DNA of 64,000 nucleotides, taken from IMG/VR virus record IMGVR_UViG_3300042564_000716. One strand, given 5' to 3'. Under the pieces are notes generated by a model. It ran no database searches. It worked only from the letters and a program-made list of their open reading frames with translations, and was not told the origin of the DNA. Position numbers and translations under genes: made by a program. Shown piece by piece: positions 54,303 through 64,000 of this stretch. The first letter of the stretch is position 1. Each line of letters starts with the position of its first letter. The stretch comes from an uncultured virus (IMG/VR IMGVR_UViG_3300042564_000716). Lineage: Duplodnaviria; Heunggongvirae; Uroviricota; Caudoviricetes.

Positions 54303-54838
54303 ACGATATGCCAAAAAGAAAAATCTCAACTGGACCCCGGCAGGTGGACTGCTCGGACGGAGCCAAGATGCTGATCGACCAGATGAAGGAACACCCTGAA
54401 GAGTTCAGGAACTACGCTGGGAAGTTCACCAACATGCTGGATACGGCCCGCGAAGCCATGCAGGGGCCGCAGCGAAATGTACGCATGTCCATGCGCGATG
54501 CCGAGGCTATCTTGGATGCTGCTGAAACGCACCTCTACGAAGTGTGGCTGGCCGAGGATGTGCTGACCGCGATCATGCGGCCGGAGCCGAACGAAGAGCC
54601 CGTGAAATACCGCACTCCAGTCAAGGCGGGGCTTGGGACCCTGACGGGCTCGGTCATAGCCAACACGGCCTATAACAACCTTGCGTCCGGCTCCGTTACC
54701 GACACCAGCACCTCACAATACATGGAGCAGGTGTACCGAATGGAGCAGGAGAAATACAGGCTGGAGATGGAGAAGCTACGGCAGCAAGACAACGAACACG
54801 CGATGCGCAGCACCAAACTTTTTAAGGGCTTCATATGA
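54299..54838 (+). CDS. Hypothetical protein
   Basis: 179 aa, overlapping its neighbours by GTGA and ATGA. Confidence 0.7.
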   Translation: MNDMPKRKISTGPRQVDCSDGAKMLIDQMKEHPEEFRNYAGKFTNMLDTAREAMQGPQRNVRMSMRDAEAILDAAETHLYEVWLAEDVLTAIMRPEPNEEPVKYRTPVKAGLGTLTGSVIANTAYNNLASGSVTDTSTSQYMEQVYRMEQEKYRLEMEKLRQQDNEHAMRSTKLFKGFI

Positions 54839-56724
54839 AATTAGTGGTACTGGATTGCGAAACATATTACGACCGCGAGTACAGCCTGAGCAAGATCACG
54901 ACCGAGGACTACGTGCGATCGCCGCAGTTCGAGCTGATTGGTTTTTCCATCAAGACCAACGCTGGCCCCACCCAGTGGGTGGCCAAGCCCGACTGCACCG
55001 CGTTCCTCAAGTCCTTTGACTGGTCTGATGCCATGGTCGTGTGCCAGAACACAGCGTTCGACGGAGCCATCCTCAACTGGCGATATGGTGTGAACCCGCA
55101 GGTGTGGGCGGATACGCTGGGCATGTCACGAGCGCTCTACCCGCACGACAGGGCGCACAGCCTCAAGGCGCAAGCCGAACGCATGGGCGTGGGCGTCAAG
55201 GGGGATGAGGTGCTGAACGCCATAGGCAAGCGCTACGCTGACTTCTACGATGTAGAGCTGGCACGCTACGCCTCTTACTGCATCAACGACGTGGAGCTGA
55301 CGTACGACATCTTCATGAAGTACATGGCCATGGGTTTCCCTAAGCAGGAACTCAAGCTGATCGACCTGACGCTGCGCATGTTCATCGACCCTGTGCTGGA
55401 GCTGGACCCTAAGCTGCTGCGGGACCACTTGGAAACTGTCAAAGAGAACAAGCTGGCGCTGCTCGAAACCGTGCGGGACCACATGCTCAAAGACGCTGAC
55501 CCGGAGTTCGTGCACGCGATCTACACCGAAGGCATGGCGGGTATCAAGACCCTGCTCATGTCCAACGACAAGTTCGCACTGGCACTGCAGTCACTGGGCA
55601 TCGACCCACCTACGAAAATAAGCCCGGCCACCAAGAAGACGGCATGGGCGTTTGCCAAAACTGATGAGGCGTTTAAGGCGCTGGAGGAGCACGAAGATGA
55701 GCGAGTACAAGCCCTTGTTGCCGCGCGACTTGGAAATAAAACGACACTTGAAGAGACTCGTACTGAGCGCTTTATTGGCATGTCTGGTCGAGGCCGTTTT
55801 CCTGTACCTCTTCGTTACTACGGTGCTCACTCCGGCCGCTGGTCTGGGCAAGACTCTGTAAACCTGCAGAACCTGCCGTCACGCGGCGCGCACGCTGGCA
55901 AGATCAAGAAAGCCATCATGGCCCCTGACGGGTACGTGGTGATCGACTGTGACTCTGCGCAGATCGAAGCGCGGGTGTTGGCGTGGCTGGCGGGGCAGGA
56001 TGACTTGGTGCAAGCGTTTAAGGACAAGCAAGATGTTTACAAACTCATGGCGACGAAAATTTACGGTATCGCGATTGGCGATGTCGACAAAACACAGCGT
56101 CAGGTTGGCAAAACTGTTGTTCTTGGGGCTGGTTACGGGGTCGGCCACGTTAAGCTACAAACATTCCTTAAAAACCAAGCGGGCGTTGAAGTTACGCTTG
56201 AGGAAGCCAAGCGCATTATTGACACGTACCGCAGCACCTCGTTCAAGATTGCCAATCTCTGGCGCAACGCGGGTGACGCGCTCAAAGCGATGCTGACTGG
56301 CCAGTCGATGCAGATCGACGTTGTGGGGCTGGTCAAAGCGATTCCCGGCAAGGGATTGACACTGCCCAGCGGGTTGCACATTCAGTACCCGGGCTTGCGG
56401 GAGATTGCCAACTCTGACACGGGCAAGTTTGAGCTGGTCTATTACTCCAAGGGGCTGCCTGTTCGCATCTACGGCGGGAAGGTCGTGGAGAACATCTGTC
56501 AGGCGGTGGCCCGGCAGGTTGTGGCTGAGCAGATGCTGCGTGTGTCCAAGCGGTACAAGGTCGTGTTGACTGTGCATGACGCCGTGGCCATCATTGCCAA
56601 GAAGGAAGAAGCCGATGAGGCCCAAGCCTATCTGGAGGAGTGCATGAGCTGGAACCCTAAGTGGGCGGTGGGCTTGCCGCTGGCGTGTGAATCTGGTGTG
56701 GGCGCTTCCTACGGCGACTGTTGA
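54835..56724 (+). CDS. polA: Family A DNA polymerase with 3'-5' exonuclease
   Basis: Exonuclease DCET, NTAFD, YCINDV; motif A DSAQIEAR, motif B RQVGKTVVLGAGYG, motif C VHD. Confidence 0.93.
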   Translation: MKLVVLDCETYYDREYSLSKITTEDYVRSPQFELIGFSIKTNAGPTQWVAKPDCTAFLKSFDWSDAMVVCQNTAFDGAILNWRYGVNPQVWADTLGMSRALYPHDRAHSLKAQAERMGVGVKGDEVLNAIGKRYADFYDVELARYASYCINDVELTYDIFMKYMAMGFPKQELKLIDLTLRMFIDPVLELDPKLLRDHLETVKENKLALLETVRDHMLKDADPEFVHAIYTEGMAGIKTLLMSNDKFALALQSLGIDPPTKISPATKKTAWAFAKTDEAFKALEEHEDERVQALVAARLGNKTTLEETRTERFIGMSGRGRFPVPLRYYGAHSGRWSGQDSVNLQNLPSRGAHAGKIKKAIMAPDGYVVIDCDSAQIEARVLAWLAGQDDLVQAFKDKQDVYKLMATKIYGIAIGDVDKTQRQVGKTVVLGAGYGVGHVKLQTFLKNQAGVEVTLEEAKRIIDTYRSTSFKIANLWRNAGDALKAMLTGQSMQIDVVGLVKAIPGKGLTLPSGLHIQYPGLREIANSDTGKFELVYYSKGLPVRIYGGKVVENICQAVARQVVAEQMLRVSKRYKVVLTVHDAVAIIAKKEEADEAQAYLEECMSWNPKWAVGLPLACESGVGASYGDC

Positions 56725-56765
56725 CTGGTAAACTGGGGGTCCAAACAAACCTCCGGGTCACTTCT

Positions 56766-57428
56766 ATGGCACTTGCACATTCCTATTCGTCGGTCAAAGA
56801 TTACGAAGGATGTCCCCGTCGTTATCACGAAGTCCGTATCCTTAAAAAATTCAAGTCGCAAGACACGCAAGCAACCCTTTATGGCACCGCAGTACATAGC
56901 GCATTCGAGCACTACATCAAAGACGGCACCCCGTTGCCCGAGCAGTTCGCACAGTTCCAACCTTTCATCGAGCCTCTTGCCGCCGTTGACGGAGAAATCC
57001 GCTGCGAAGACAAAATGGCAATCCGAGTTGACTTTAGCCCGTGTGGCTTTTTTGACAAAGACGTATGGTTCCGGGGAATACCGGACTACCTTGCCATCAG
57101 CACATCAGGAAAGACTGCTCGCGTAGCCGACTACAAGACTGGCAAGTCCAGCAAGTACGCGGACACCGCGCAGCTCGAACTCATGGCCGCCATGGTCATG
57201 CTGCACCACCCAACGGTTGATAAAGTCAAAGGCGTACTGCTGTTTGTGGTGGTTGGCGACATCATCAAAGCTGAGTACACTCGCGCACAACTCCCCGAGA
57301 TTCTGTCAAAGTGGGCAGGCAGAGCCGGGGCCATCGAGAAGGCCGTTGATGTGGGGGTGTGGAATCCTCGCAGTTCGGCCCTCTGCAAATTCTGCCCCGT
57401 CTTTTCATGTGAGCACCATCATGGCTGA
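56766..57428 (+). CDS. PD-(D/E)xK exonuclease (Cas4/RecB-like)
   Basis: SYSS...CPRRY, GTAVH, DYKTGK, QLELMA, CKFCP...C. Confidence 0.88.
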   Translation: MALAHSYSSVKDYEGCPRRYHEVRILKKFKSQDTQATLYGTAVHSAFEHYIKDGTPLPEQFAQFQPFIEPLAAVDGEIRCEDKMAIRVDFSPCGFFDKDVWFRGIPDYLAISTSGKTARVADYKTGKSSKYADTAQLELMAAMVMLHHPTVDKVKGVLLFVVVGDIIKAEYTRAQLPEILSKWAGRAGAIEKAVDVGVWNPRSSALCKFCPVFSCEHHHG

Positions 57429-57711
57429 TAAAAAACCACGCGATTACGTCGCCGAGTACCGCAATTATCAGGGCACACCTAAACAACTGGCCGCGCAGTC
57501 CGAGCGACACAAAGCGCGGCGTGCCTACGAGAAGGCCAACGGCACACTGCCGGACACCGTGGACGTCCACCATAAAAAGGCTATGTCCAAGGGCGGCAAA
57601 AACCATGCCTCCAATCTAGCGGCGATGCACGAGTCCAAGAACACCAGCTTTGCGCGCAAGAAGGACGGCTCCATGAAGTCCGAAATTTCCAAGCGCGAGC
57701 GCAAAAAATAA
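57421..57711 (+). CDS. Small HNH-like protein
   Basis: DVHHKKAMSKGGKN..SNL......KN. Confidence 0.75.
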   Translation: MADKKPRDYVAEYRNYQGTPKQLAAQSERHKARRAYEKANGTLPDTVDVHHKKAMSKGGKNHASNLAAMHESKNTSFARKKDGSMKSEISKRERKK

Positions 57712-57767
57712 GGTACGATTTAACCGCCAGCGCCAACTGGCATCTGTGATTTTTCCTGTTGAGATTT

Positions 57768-57797
57768 AGCCGGGTAGGCAACTACCCGGCTTCTTTT
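57768..57797 (+). terminator. Rho-independent terminator
   Basis: AGCCGGGTAG-GCAA-CTACCCGGCT-TCTTTT. Confidence 0.8.
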
Positions 57798-57826
57798 GTC
57801 GTCCATCCATTTCTATTCATCACATC

Positions 57827-59386
57827 ATGCAAATTATCGAAGACAGAGCGTTGCTGTTCAACACACGCAAAGCAGGGCAGATCACTGCCATCATCCCCAA
57901 AAGCAAAGTCGTTAGCAGCAACGGCGACGTAGACCAGCTACTGGTCAATTGGGGATTCGATGAAGTGCAACTGCTGCGCAATATGGGCATCAAAGACGTG
58001 CCTAGCCCCATCCTCGGCCGGTACAAATGGCCCGGCATGTTTACCCCTTTCAACCACCAACGATCCACTGCAGAATTCTTAACGCTGTACTCGCGCTGCT
58101 TTGTGTTTAACGAGGCTGGCACCGGCAAGACAAACGCAGCGGCGTGGGCAGCCGACTACCTCATGGCGCAAGGCAAGGTCAAGCGCGTGCTGATCGTGTG
58201 CCCTGTGTCGATCATGGAAACTGCGTGGCGGTCCGACCTGTTCAAGACGCTGATGCACCGCACTGCGGCTATTGCGCAAGGCACCCGCACACAGCGGCAA
58301 AAGATCATCGCGGGCAACTACGAATTCGTCATCATTAACTTCGATGGCGTGAAAGTCGTGGCCGATGAACTCTCCAAGGGCGGGTTTGATCTGGTCATCG
58401 TGGACGAGGCCAACGCCATCAAGAACGTGCAGACCGATCGGTGGAAGTGCCTCGCCGCGCTGATTACGCCAAGCACCCGGCTGTGGATGATGACGGGCAC
58501 CCCTGCATCGCAGTCTCCGCTCGACGCCTACGGCTTGGCCAAGCTCGTGAACCCTGACGCTGTGCCGCGCTTCTTTGGATCGTTCCGTGACCGCGTGATG
58601 ATTAAGATGTCGCAGTACAGGTGGGCCCCCCGGCAAGACGCGCAAGCTATCGTGCATCAAGTTCTGCAGCCCGCTATCCGGTTCACCAAAGCCGAGTGCC
58701 TTGACCTGCCGGACATGCTGTACTCCACCCGCGAGGTGCCGCTCACGCCCCAGCAGAGCAAGTACTATGACGCAATCAAAAAACAAATGGCGGTCATCGC
58801 AGCCGGTTCGGAAGTTACGGCCGTCAACGCAGCGTCCATGCTCAACAAGCTGCTGCAGATTTCTCAAGGCGCGGTCTACACTGACGACAAAGATGTGGTC
58901 GAGTTTGATGTGGACAACAGGGTCAACGAGCTGCTGGATGTGATCGCTGGCACCAACGAAAAGGTGCTGGTGTTCGTGCCCTACCGACACACGCTGGAGA
59001 TGCTGCAGGACCGCATCATCAAGGCCGGGTACACCACGGCCACCATCCACGGTGGTGTGGCGGCGAACAAGCGCGCAGACATCATCAAGCAGTTCCAGAC
59101 AGAAGACGACCCGCGCATTCTGGTGATGGTGCCACAGGCCACAGCACACGGGATTACCCTAACCCGGGCCAATCAAGTTGTGTGGTGGGGGCCGGTATCA
59201 TCTACGGAGATTTACATCCAAGCCAACTCCCGTGCCCACCGCGCCGGGCAGAAGAACTGCGTAACCGTCACGCACCTACAGGGCAGCCCCGTCGAGCGGC
59301 GCATGTACACACTGCTGCAGGGGAAGATTGATCTTCATCTGGCACTGGTCGATTTATACAAACAAGTGCTTGACGACAAGATTTGA
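57827..59386 (+). CDS. SNF2-family helicase
   Basis: GTGKT, VDEAN, MTGTP, HGITLT, QANSRAHRAGQ. Confidence 0.92.
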   Translation: MQIIEDRALLFNTRKAGQITAIIPKSKVVSSNGDVDQLLVNWGFDEVQLLRNMGIKDVPSPILGRYKWPGMFTPFNHQRSTAEFLTLYSRCFVFNEAGTGKTNAAAWAADYLMAQGKVKRVLIVCPVSIMETAWRSDLFKTLMHRTAAIAQGTRTQRQKIIAGNYEFVIINFDGVKVVADELSKGGFDLVIVDEANAIKNVQTDRWKCLAALITPSTRLWMMTGTPASQSPLDAYGLAKLVNPDAVPRFFGSFRDRVMIKMSQYRWAPRQDAQAIVHQVLQPAIRFTKAECLDLPDMLYSTREVPLTPQQSKYYDAIKKQMAVIAAGSEVTAVNAASMLNKLLQISQGAVYTDDKDVVEFDVDNRVNELLDVIAGTNEKVLVFVPYRHTLEMLQDRIIKAGYTTATIHGGVAANKRADIIKQFQTEDDPRILVMVPQATAHGITLTRANQVVWWGPVSSTEIYIQANSRAHRAGQKNCVTVTHLQGSPVERRMYTLLQGKIDLHLALVDLYKQVLDDKI

Positions 59387-59397
59387 CAGTGTATAAT
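59370..59397 (+). promoter_or_regulatory. Sigma70-like promoter TTGACG-16-TATAAT
   Basis: Perfect -10 hexamer at the end of the helicase gene. Confidence 0.65.
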
Positions 59398-59434
59398 TTC
59401 AATTCGTTCAACGTAAATCAAAAGAGAAACTCCC

Positions 59435-59821
59435 ATGGATGCAAACACACTTGTGAAGGTCTACGTCAAGATTCGTGACGCTAAGGCCGCAAAAACCAAA
59501 GAGCTGGAAGCCGAGATTGCTGCGCTCGACGTGCAACTGGATACCATCGAAACAGAGCTGCTGGAACTGTGCAAGACCACAGGCCAAGACGGCGGCAAAA
59601 CACAATTCGGATCGTTTCGACGGTCTGTCAAGACGCGGTACTGGACGTCCGATTGGGATAGCATGTACCGCTTCATCAAAGAACACGACGCCCCGGAACT
59701 TCTGGAGCGCCGCGTAAGTCAGACGACCTTCAAGGAATTCCTGCAGGCCAACCCTGACAAATTACCAGAGGGTATGAACGTAGATTCCCGCTACGCAATT
59801 ACCATCACCCGTGCACGTTAA
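59435..59821 (+). CDS. Conserved replication-module coiled-coil protein
   Basis: LVKVYVKIRD...DWDSMYRFI...LLERRV. Confidence 0.75.
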   Translation: MDANTLVKVYVKIRDAKAAKTKELEAEIAALDVQLDTIETELLELCKTTGQDGGKTQFGSFRRSVKTRYWTSDWDSMYRFIKEHDAPELLERRVSQTTFKEFLQANPDKLPEGMNVDSRYAITITRAR

Positions 59822-59836
59822 ACCAAGGAAATCAAC

Positions 59837-60742
59837 ATGAGCAATATGACACTTTTCAAATCCGGTTCCGCTGTTCCTGACTACCTGCGCGAAGCCGCAG
59901 ACGCTACAACCAAAGACATCGCAGGCTCCTCTGGCGGCAAGCAAATCTCCATCAAGGGCGGCGTATGGCGCATGGTGGTCGGCGGTGAAGAGGTGGCCAA
60001 GAACGAAGATCGTTCCATGAACGTGGTGGTGATCTCCGCCGGTAAGGGTGTGTCCCGTACGTTCTACGCTGACAAGTATGAAGAAGGCAAGGACGTCAAG
60101 CCTGCCTGCTGGTCGGCCGAAGGCGTAGTGCCCAACGAAGAAGTGCCAGAGCCACAGGGCAAGACCTGCGCTACGTGCCCACAGAACATTGAAGGCTCCG
60201 GCGATGGCAAGTCCCGCGCATGCCGTTACAGCAAGCGTCTGGCCGTGGCTTTGGAAAACGATATCGGCGGCAACATCTACCGCCTGTCGGTTCCTGCCAA
60301 GTCGTATTTTGGCAAAGCTGATGGCGACAAGATGCCCCTGCAAGCGTATGGCAAGTTCTTGTCTGGCCACGGTATCCCAATCACTGGCGTGGTGACCGAG
60401 GCTCGCTTCGACACTGCTGAGGCTGTGCCTGTGCTGAAGTTCCGCGCAGTGCGTCCGCTGACCCGTGAGGAGTGGGAGTTGGCCAAGGCACAGAGCCAGA
60501 CTGAAGACGCTATGCAAGCAGTCGAGTTCAAGATGGTGCCAAGCAGGAAGGAAAGCCAACCTGCGTTACCCGCAGCGTTCAAGGAAGCAGAAGTGCCCGC
60601 CAAAGCTGCTGTCGAGAAAGTGGAAGCCGAAGAGGTCGCTGAGCCTACGAAGCGCCCATCCAAGGCAAAAGCTGAAGCTGCGCCCGCCCCTGCAAAGAAC
60701 GTGGCTGACATCTTGAACGACTGGTCGACCGACGATGAGTGA
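59837..60742 (+). CDS. Putative ssDNA-binding protein
   Basis: ISIKGG.WR, CWS, CATCPQN...ACR; acidic/aromatic C-terminal tip DWSTDDE. Confidence 0.65.
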   Translation: MSNMTLFKSGSAVPDYLREAADATTKDIAGSSGGKQISIKGGVWRMVVGGEEVAKNEDRSMNVVVISAGKGVSRTFYADKYEEGKDVKPACWSAEGVVPNEEVPEPQGKTCATCPQNIEGSGDGKSRACRYSKRLAVALENDIGGNIYRLSVPAKSYFGKADGDKMPLQAYGKFLSGHGIPITGVVTEARFDTAEAVPVLKFRAVRPLTREEWELAKAQSQTEDAMQAVEFKMVPSRKESQPALPAAFKEAEVPAKAAVEKVEAEEVAEPTKRPSKAKAEAAPAPAKNVADILNDWSTDDE

Positions 60743-60983
60743 CCGCACCCGAGGGTACGACTCCCTGTTCATTCGTCGAATTGAAGACGCCGACCAGAAG
60801 CCCGCTGTCATGCGGCTGGCTGATGCGTGCATCGAGAAAAACGTGGCGGTGCCGGAAGTGGCTGCCATGTTCGGTGTGTCGCGCGCGACTGTCTACAACT
60901 GGCTGACTGGACGGACTACGCCCAACCCTCGGTATATGGCGCTCATCCCTAAGATTACTGCCCGCTTGCTCAAGCGTAAGTGA
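60735..60983 (+). CDS. Cro/CI-like HTH protein
   Basis: VPEVAAMFGVSRATVYNWLTG. Confidence 0.85.
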   Translation: MSDRTRGYDSLFIRRIEDADQKPAVMRLADACIEKNVAVPEVAAMFGVSRATVYNWLTGRTTPNPRYMALIPKITARLLKRK

Positions 60984-60995
60984 TCGCGCCCAGTG

Positions 60996-61027
60996 GGGGC
61001 GGCAGGACAACCTGCCGCCCCTTTTTT
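60996..61027 (+). terminator. Rho-independent terminator
   Basis: 11-bp GC stem followed by TTTTTT. Confidence 0.85.
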
Positions 61028-61050
61028 GTTCCAGTTACCCGTGAGGTTAT

Positions 61051-63885
61051 GTGACTGACTTTCTCAACTCCGTTCTGCCCGCTCAGGGCGTTTATTGCAC
61101 GGTGGGGATACGGGCAGGTGTAGTCAAGCAATCGTTCCAAACAACGGTTGACGACGTAGATGCAGTGGGTGTTGGCATGAACTCCAACGGCGTTGATGCG
61201 TATTTCGCATTGGCCTCGTACAAGGATGATTCAGCTCGTACCGTAGACAACGCCGCGTACCTACGTGCGTTCTTTCTTGATCTTGACTGCGGCACGGGCA
61301 AGCCGTATGTAGATCAACCTGCCGCTGCACAAGCACTCTCCATATTCATTACCGACACTGGGCTGCCAAGCCCTACCGTGGTCAATTCAGGCGGTGGCCT
61401 GCACGTCTACTGGCCGCTGACGGCCGACGTACCCACGACTGTGTGGATACCCCACGCTCGATCACTCAAGCGCCTGTGTGCGCAGCACAACTTACATGCC
61501 GACCCCGCAGTCACTGCGGACGCTGCGCGTATCTTGCGCACCCCGGGCACCCACAACTTCAAGGGCGGGCAGTCCCGCCCCGTTCAGATCATTGCACAAG
61601 GTCAGCCGACTGATCTTGCCGTGTTCACCGCGTGCCTGCCCCCGGCCCCTGTTGACTTGTCTGCAGCCAAGCAGTTCGGGCTGGATGACACCTCCCGTGA
61701 GATGTCCGGTGGGGACTTCCCCCCATGCTCGTTTCAGCGCATCGCCTCCCGCAGTCTCAAGGACAAGGGCTGTGCCCAGATCAAACACGCACTGGTCGAC
61801 GCCGCTGTACTGGCCGAGCCGTTGTGGCGTGGCATGCTGTCGATCGCTATCCGGTGCGAAGACGGTGCTACAGCCATCCACACTGCGTCCAAGGCGCACC
61901 CCGGATACACCGCTGCCAACACGGAAGCCAAAGCGGCGGAAACCAAGGGCCCGTACACTTGCCAGTGGTACAAGGACAACAACGGCAGTTTGTGCAAAGG
62001 CTGCACTCAGACCGTATCCACTCCCTTGCTGATTGGCAAGACCGTGGTGGCTGCCGAAGTAACTGACGATGCCTATGTGGTTGTGAAGGACGCGGACGAT
62101 GAGGCCCCGGCTGTGGCTATCTCCATCCCGGCATATCCGTTCCCCTACTTTCGTGGTGCCAACGGCGGGGTATTCCGCAAGGACCGGGACAAAGACGGAG
62201 AAGAGGTTGAGGTTGAGATATACCCAGACGACCTCTACTTAACAGAACGCTTTTTTGATTCAGACGACCACGGCAGTGGCGACGGTGAGATGGTGGGTAT
62301 CAACCTGCACATGCGCAAAGACGGCGTGCGCCGGTTCTTCGCCCCTGTCACAACGCTGTTCTCCACGGAGAAGCTGCGTGACTTGCTGGTGCGCAACGGG
62401 GTCGTCGCCTATGGTAAAAAATTGGAGCAACTCATGGCTTACTTCGCCTCTGCAATTCGCAAGCTGCAGTCGCAGTACGCAGCAAACCGCACCCGCAATC
62501 AGATGGGGTGGACCCCTGACCTGCTGGGCTTCGTTGTCGGTGAGATCGAGTACACCGCGTCTGGCGCAAAGCTTGCACCCCCTGCCAGCGGCACCCGGCA
62601 ACTGGCCGCTGCGTTCAAACCCACGGGCTCACTGGACGAGTGGAAGAAGATCGCCAACTTCTACGATCGCCCGGGGCTGGAGCCACATGCGCTGTCGTTG
62701 TTCTTCGGGTTCGGCTCGCCGCTCCTGCGGTTGATCGAGGGCAACGTGGTCAAGGGGGCTATGGTTCACCTGAAGCACAACGGGTCAGGCTCCGGCAAGT
62801 CAACTGCGCAGATGGTGGCCAACTCGATCTTTGGACACCCTGACGATCTGCTGATGAAGAAGGAAGACACGTATGCTGCCAAGATGCACATGCTCGGCAT
62901 GGTCAACAGCTTGGTCTTCACGGTCGATGAGATCACCAACGAGAAAGCTGAAGTCCTGTCTGACATGGCCTACGGGTTCACATCCGGCCGGGGCAAGCAC
63001 CGCATGGAGTCGCAGAGCAACAAGATGCGCGTCAACCACACGACGTGGTGCAACATCACCCTGACATCCGGCAACGCTTCAGCCACGGACGTCCTGCAGC
63101 AATACAAGAGCACTGCAGAGGGGGAGTTGCGCCGCGTGTTGGAAATCTCCGTGCCCAAGTACACAGGTGCCACGAAGCAAGAGATCGACGCTGTGTTTGG
63201 CAAGCTCAACACCAACTACGGCCTTGCTGGGCCCCTCTACATTGAGTACGTCCTGAAGAACATGGCGCAGGTGCGCAAGCTGCTGGTCAACATGCAAAAC
63301 AAGATTGACGAAGAACTGCAGCTCGATCAGGCCGATCGGTTCCACTCCTCTATTCTTACCTGTGCGTTTGTCGGAGCCTTGATCGCTGCACGGCTGGGCC
63401 TGCACTCCATTGAGACCTCACGCATCTACCAGTACGCGCTGAACGTGGTCAGGGACAGCAGGTCAGCTACCAAGGCAGACGTTGGCGACCCCACACTGAT
63501 TGCACAGGAAACACTGGCGGCGTTCATAAACGAGAACGTGAACAACGCGCTTGTCGCGCCCACCGTGAATAGCGCGGGTCTGCCCGAGCGCCCGGCAATA
63601 GCTCCAAAAGGCCCGTTGCGCATGCGCTACGATCCAGTCACACGGGAGCTGGCCGTGTCCGTTGCGGAGTTCCGCAAGTTCTTCTCTCTGCGGCAAGTGG
63701 ATGTGCGCGACAGCTTGGTAAGGCTCACGCAGGCCAAGTATCTCAAGCACGATGGGCGCTCGCATCCAGTGCGTATTGGTGCCGGTGCCGTGGGCGGCTT
63801 GAGCGGCATTGCGATTCGTTGCTACGTATTTGATGGGGACGCCATCGGTGTCGACGAAACAGCGTTCATTACCCCCGAGGTCTGA
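61051..63885 (+). CDS. Primase-helicase (AEP/RepB-like primase plus DUF927/SF3 helicase)
   Basis: FFLDLD, SGGGLHVYW, RILRTPGT.N, GSGSGKST, VDEITN. Confidence 0.88.
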   Translation: MTDFLNSVLPAQGVYCTVGIRAGVVKQSFQTTVDDVDAVGVGMNSNGVDAYFALASYKDDSARTVDNAAYLRAFFLDLDCGTGKPYVDQPAAAQALSIFITDTGLPSPTVVNSGGGLHVYWPLTADVPTTVWIPHARSLKRLCAQHNLHADPAVTADAARILRTPGTHNFKGGQSRPVQIIAQGQPTDLAVFTACLPPAPVDLSAAKQFGLDDTSREMSGGDFPPCSFQRIASRSLKDKGCAQIKHALVDAAVLAEPLWRGMLSIAIRCEDGATAIHTASKAHPGYTAANTEAKAAETKGPYTCQWYKDNNGSLCKGCTQTVSTPLLIGKTVVAAEVTDDAYVVVKDADDEAPAVAISIPAYPFPYFRGANGGVFRKDRDKDGEEVEVEIYPDDLYLTERFFDSDDHGSGDGEMVGINLHMRKDGVRRFFAPVTTLFSTEKLRDLLVRNGVVAYGKKLEQLMAYFASAIRKLQSQYAANRTRNQMGWTPDLLGFVVGEIEYTASGAKLAPPASGTRQLAAAFKPTGSLDEWKKIANFYDRPGLEPHALSLFFGFGSPLLRLIEGNVVKGAMVHLKHNGSGSGKSTAQMVANSIFGHPDDLLMKKEDTYAAKMHMLGMVNSLVFTVDEITNEKAEVLSDMAYGFTSGRGKHRMESQSNKMRVNHTTWCNITLTSGNASATDVLQQYKSTAEGELRRVLEISVPKYTGATKQEIDAVFGKLNTNYGLAGPLYIEYVLKNMAQVRKLLVNMQNKIDEELQLDQADRFHSSILTCAFVGALIAARLGLHSIETSRIYQYALNVVRDSRSATKADVGDPTLIAQETLAAFINENVNNALVAPTVNSAGLPERPAIAPKGPLRMRYDPVTRELAVSVAEFRKFFSLRQVDVRDSLVRLTQAKYLKHDGRSHPVRIGAGAVGGLSGIAIRCYVFDGDAIGVDETAFITPEV

Positions 63886-64000
63886 GATACGGCAGTTCAC
63901 CCTTCACGGGGTGGACTACTTCATCCAGTGGGAACACCTGTCGATCGGGGCGTCGTTCTTCCTACCCACCACGGCCACCAAAACCCAAGCCCATTACGCC
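63848..64000 (+). CDS. Partial hypothetical protein running off the window
   Basis: Open frame ...GVDYFIQWEHLSIGASFFLPT; the GTG start is tentative. Confidence 0.5.
   Translation, partial: MSTKQRSLPPRSEIRQFTLHGVDYFIQWEHLSIGASFFLPTTATKTQAHYA

Noticed and set aside
56766..57428. Cas4-like nuclease as evidence of CRISPR-Cas
   Set aside because: It sits in the replication module next to PolA and is the usual phage PD-(D/E)xK exonuclease.
1..64000. Alternative genetic code or stop-codon reassignment
   Set aside because: Core genes are full length under the standard code, and coding density is high.

Overview
The window is most of the genome of a tailed dsDNA phage, probably podovirus-like, with two divergent arms and no host genes, tRNA, CRISPR array or integrase that I can recognise. 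The minus-strand arm (about 38900 to 1) is morphogenesis: terminase subunits, portal, a GroES-like co-chaperonin, scaffold, capsid proteins, a free-standing GIY-YIG endonuclease, a glycosyltransferase-like gene, small basic virion proteins, head-tail and tail-fibre modules, lysis genes (GH19 endolysin, holin) and ejection proteins. It ends in a >1880-aa large polyvalent-type protein that runs off the left edge and is missing from the ORF track. The plus-strand arm (about 39200 to 64000) holds early small genes, a MoxR-type AAA ATPase with a vWA/metallopeptidase partner, then VRR-NUC, PolA, PD-(D/E)xK exonuclease, HNH, SNF2 helicase, SSB-like protein and primase-helicase. The most unusual signals are: (1) about 17 copies of a 14-bp palindrome TTTTAA-NN-TTAAAA that punctuates the early region gene by gene; (2) a ~510-nt highly structured non-coding cassette between two of these sites, downstream of a strong promoter and an rrn-like boxB/boxA; (3) an early gene resembling an isolated RNA polymerase beta/beta' BBM2 module; (4) a double-pseudoknot 5' leader ahead of the post-capsid structural operon; (5) a shared [MFYL]xxGG motif in virion-internal proteins; (6) a probable overprinted gene inside the giant protein. 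All homology calls come from motif recognition by eye, not from database searches.
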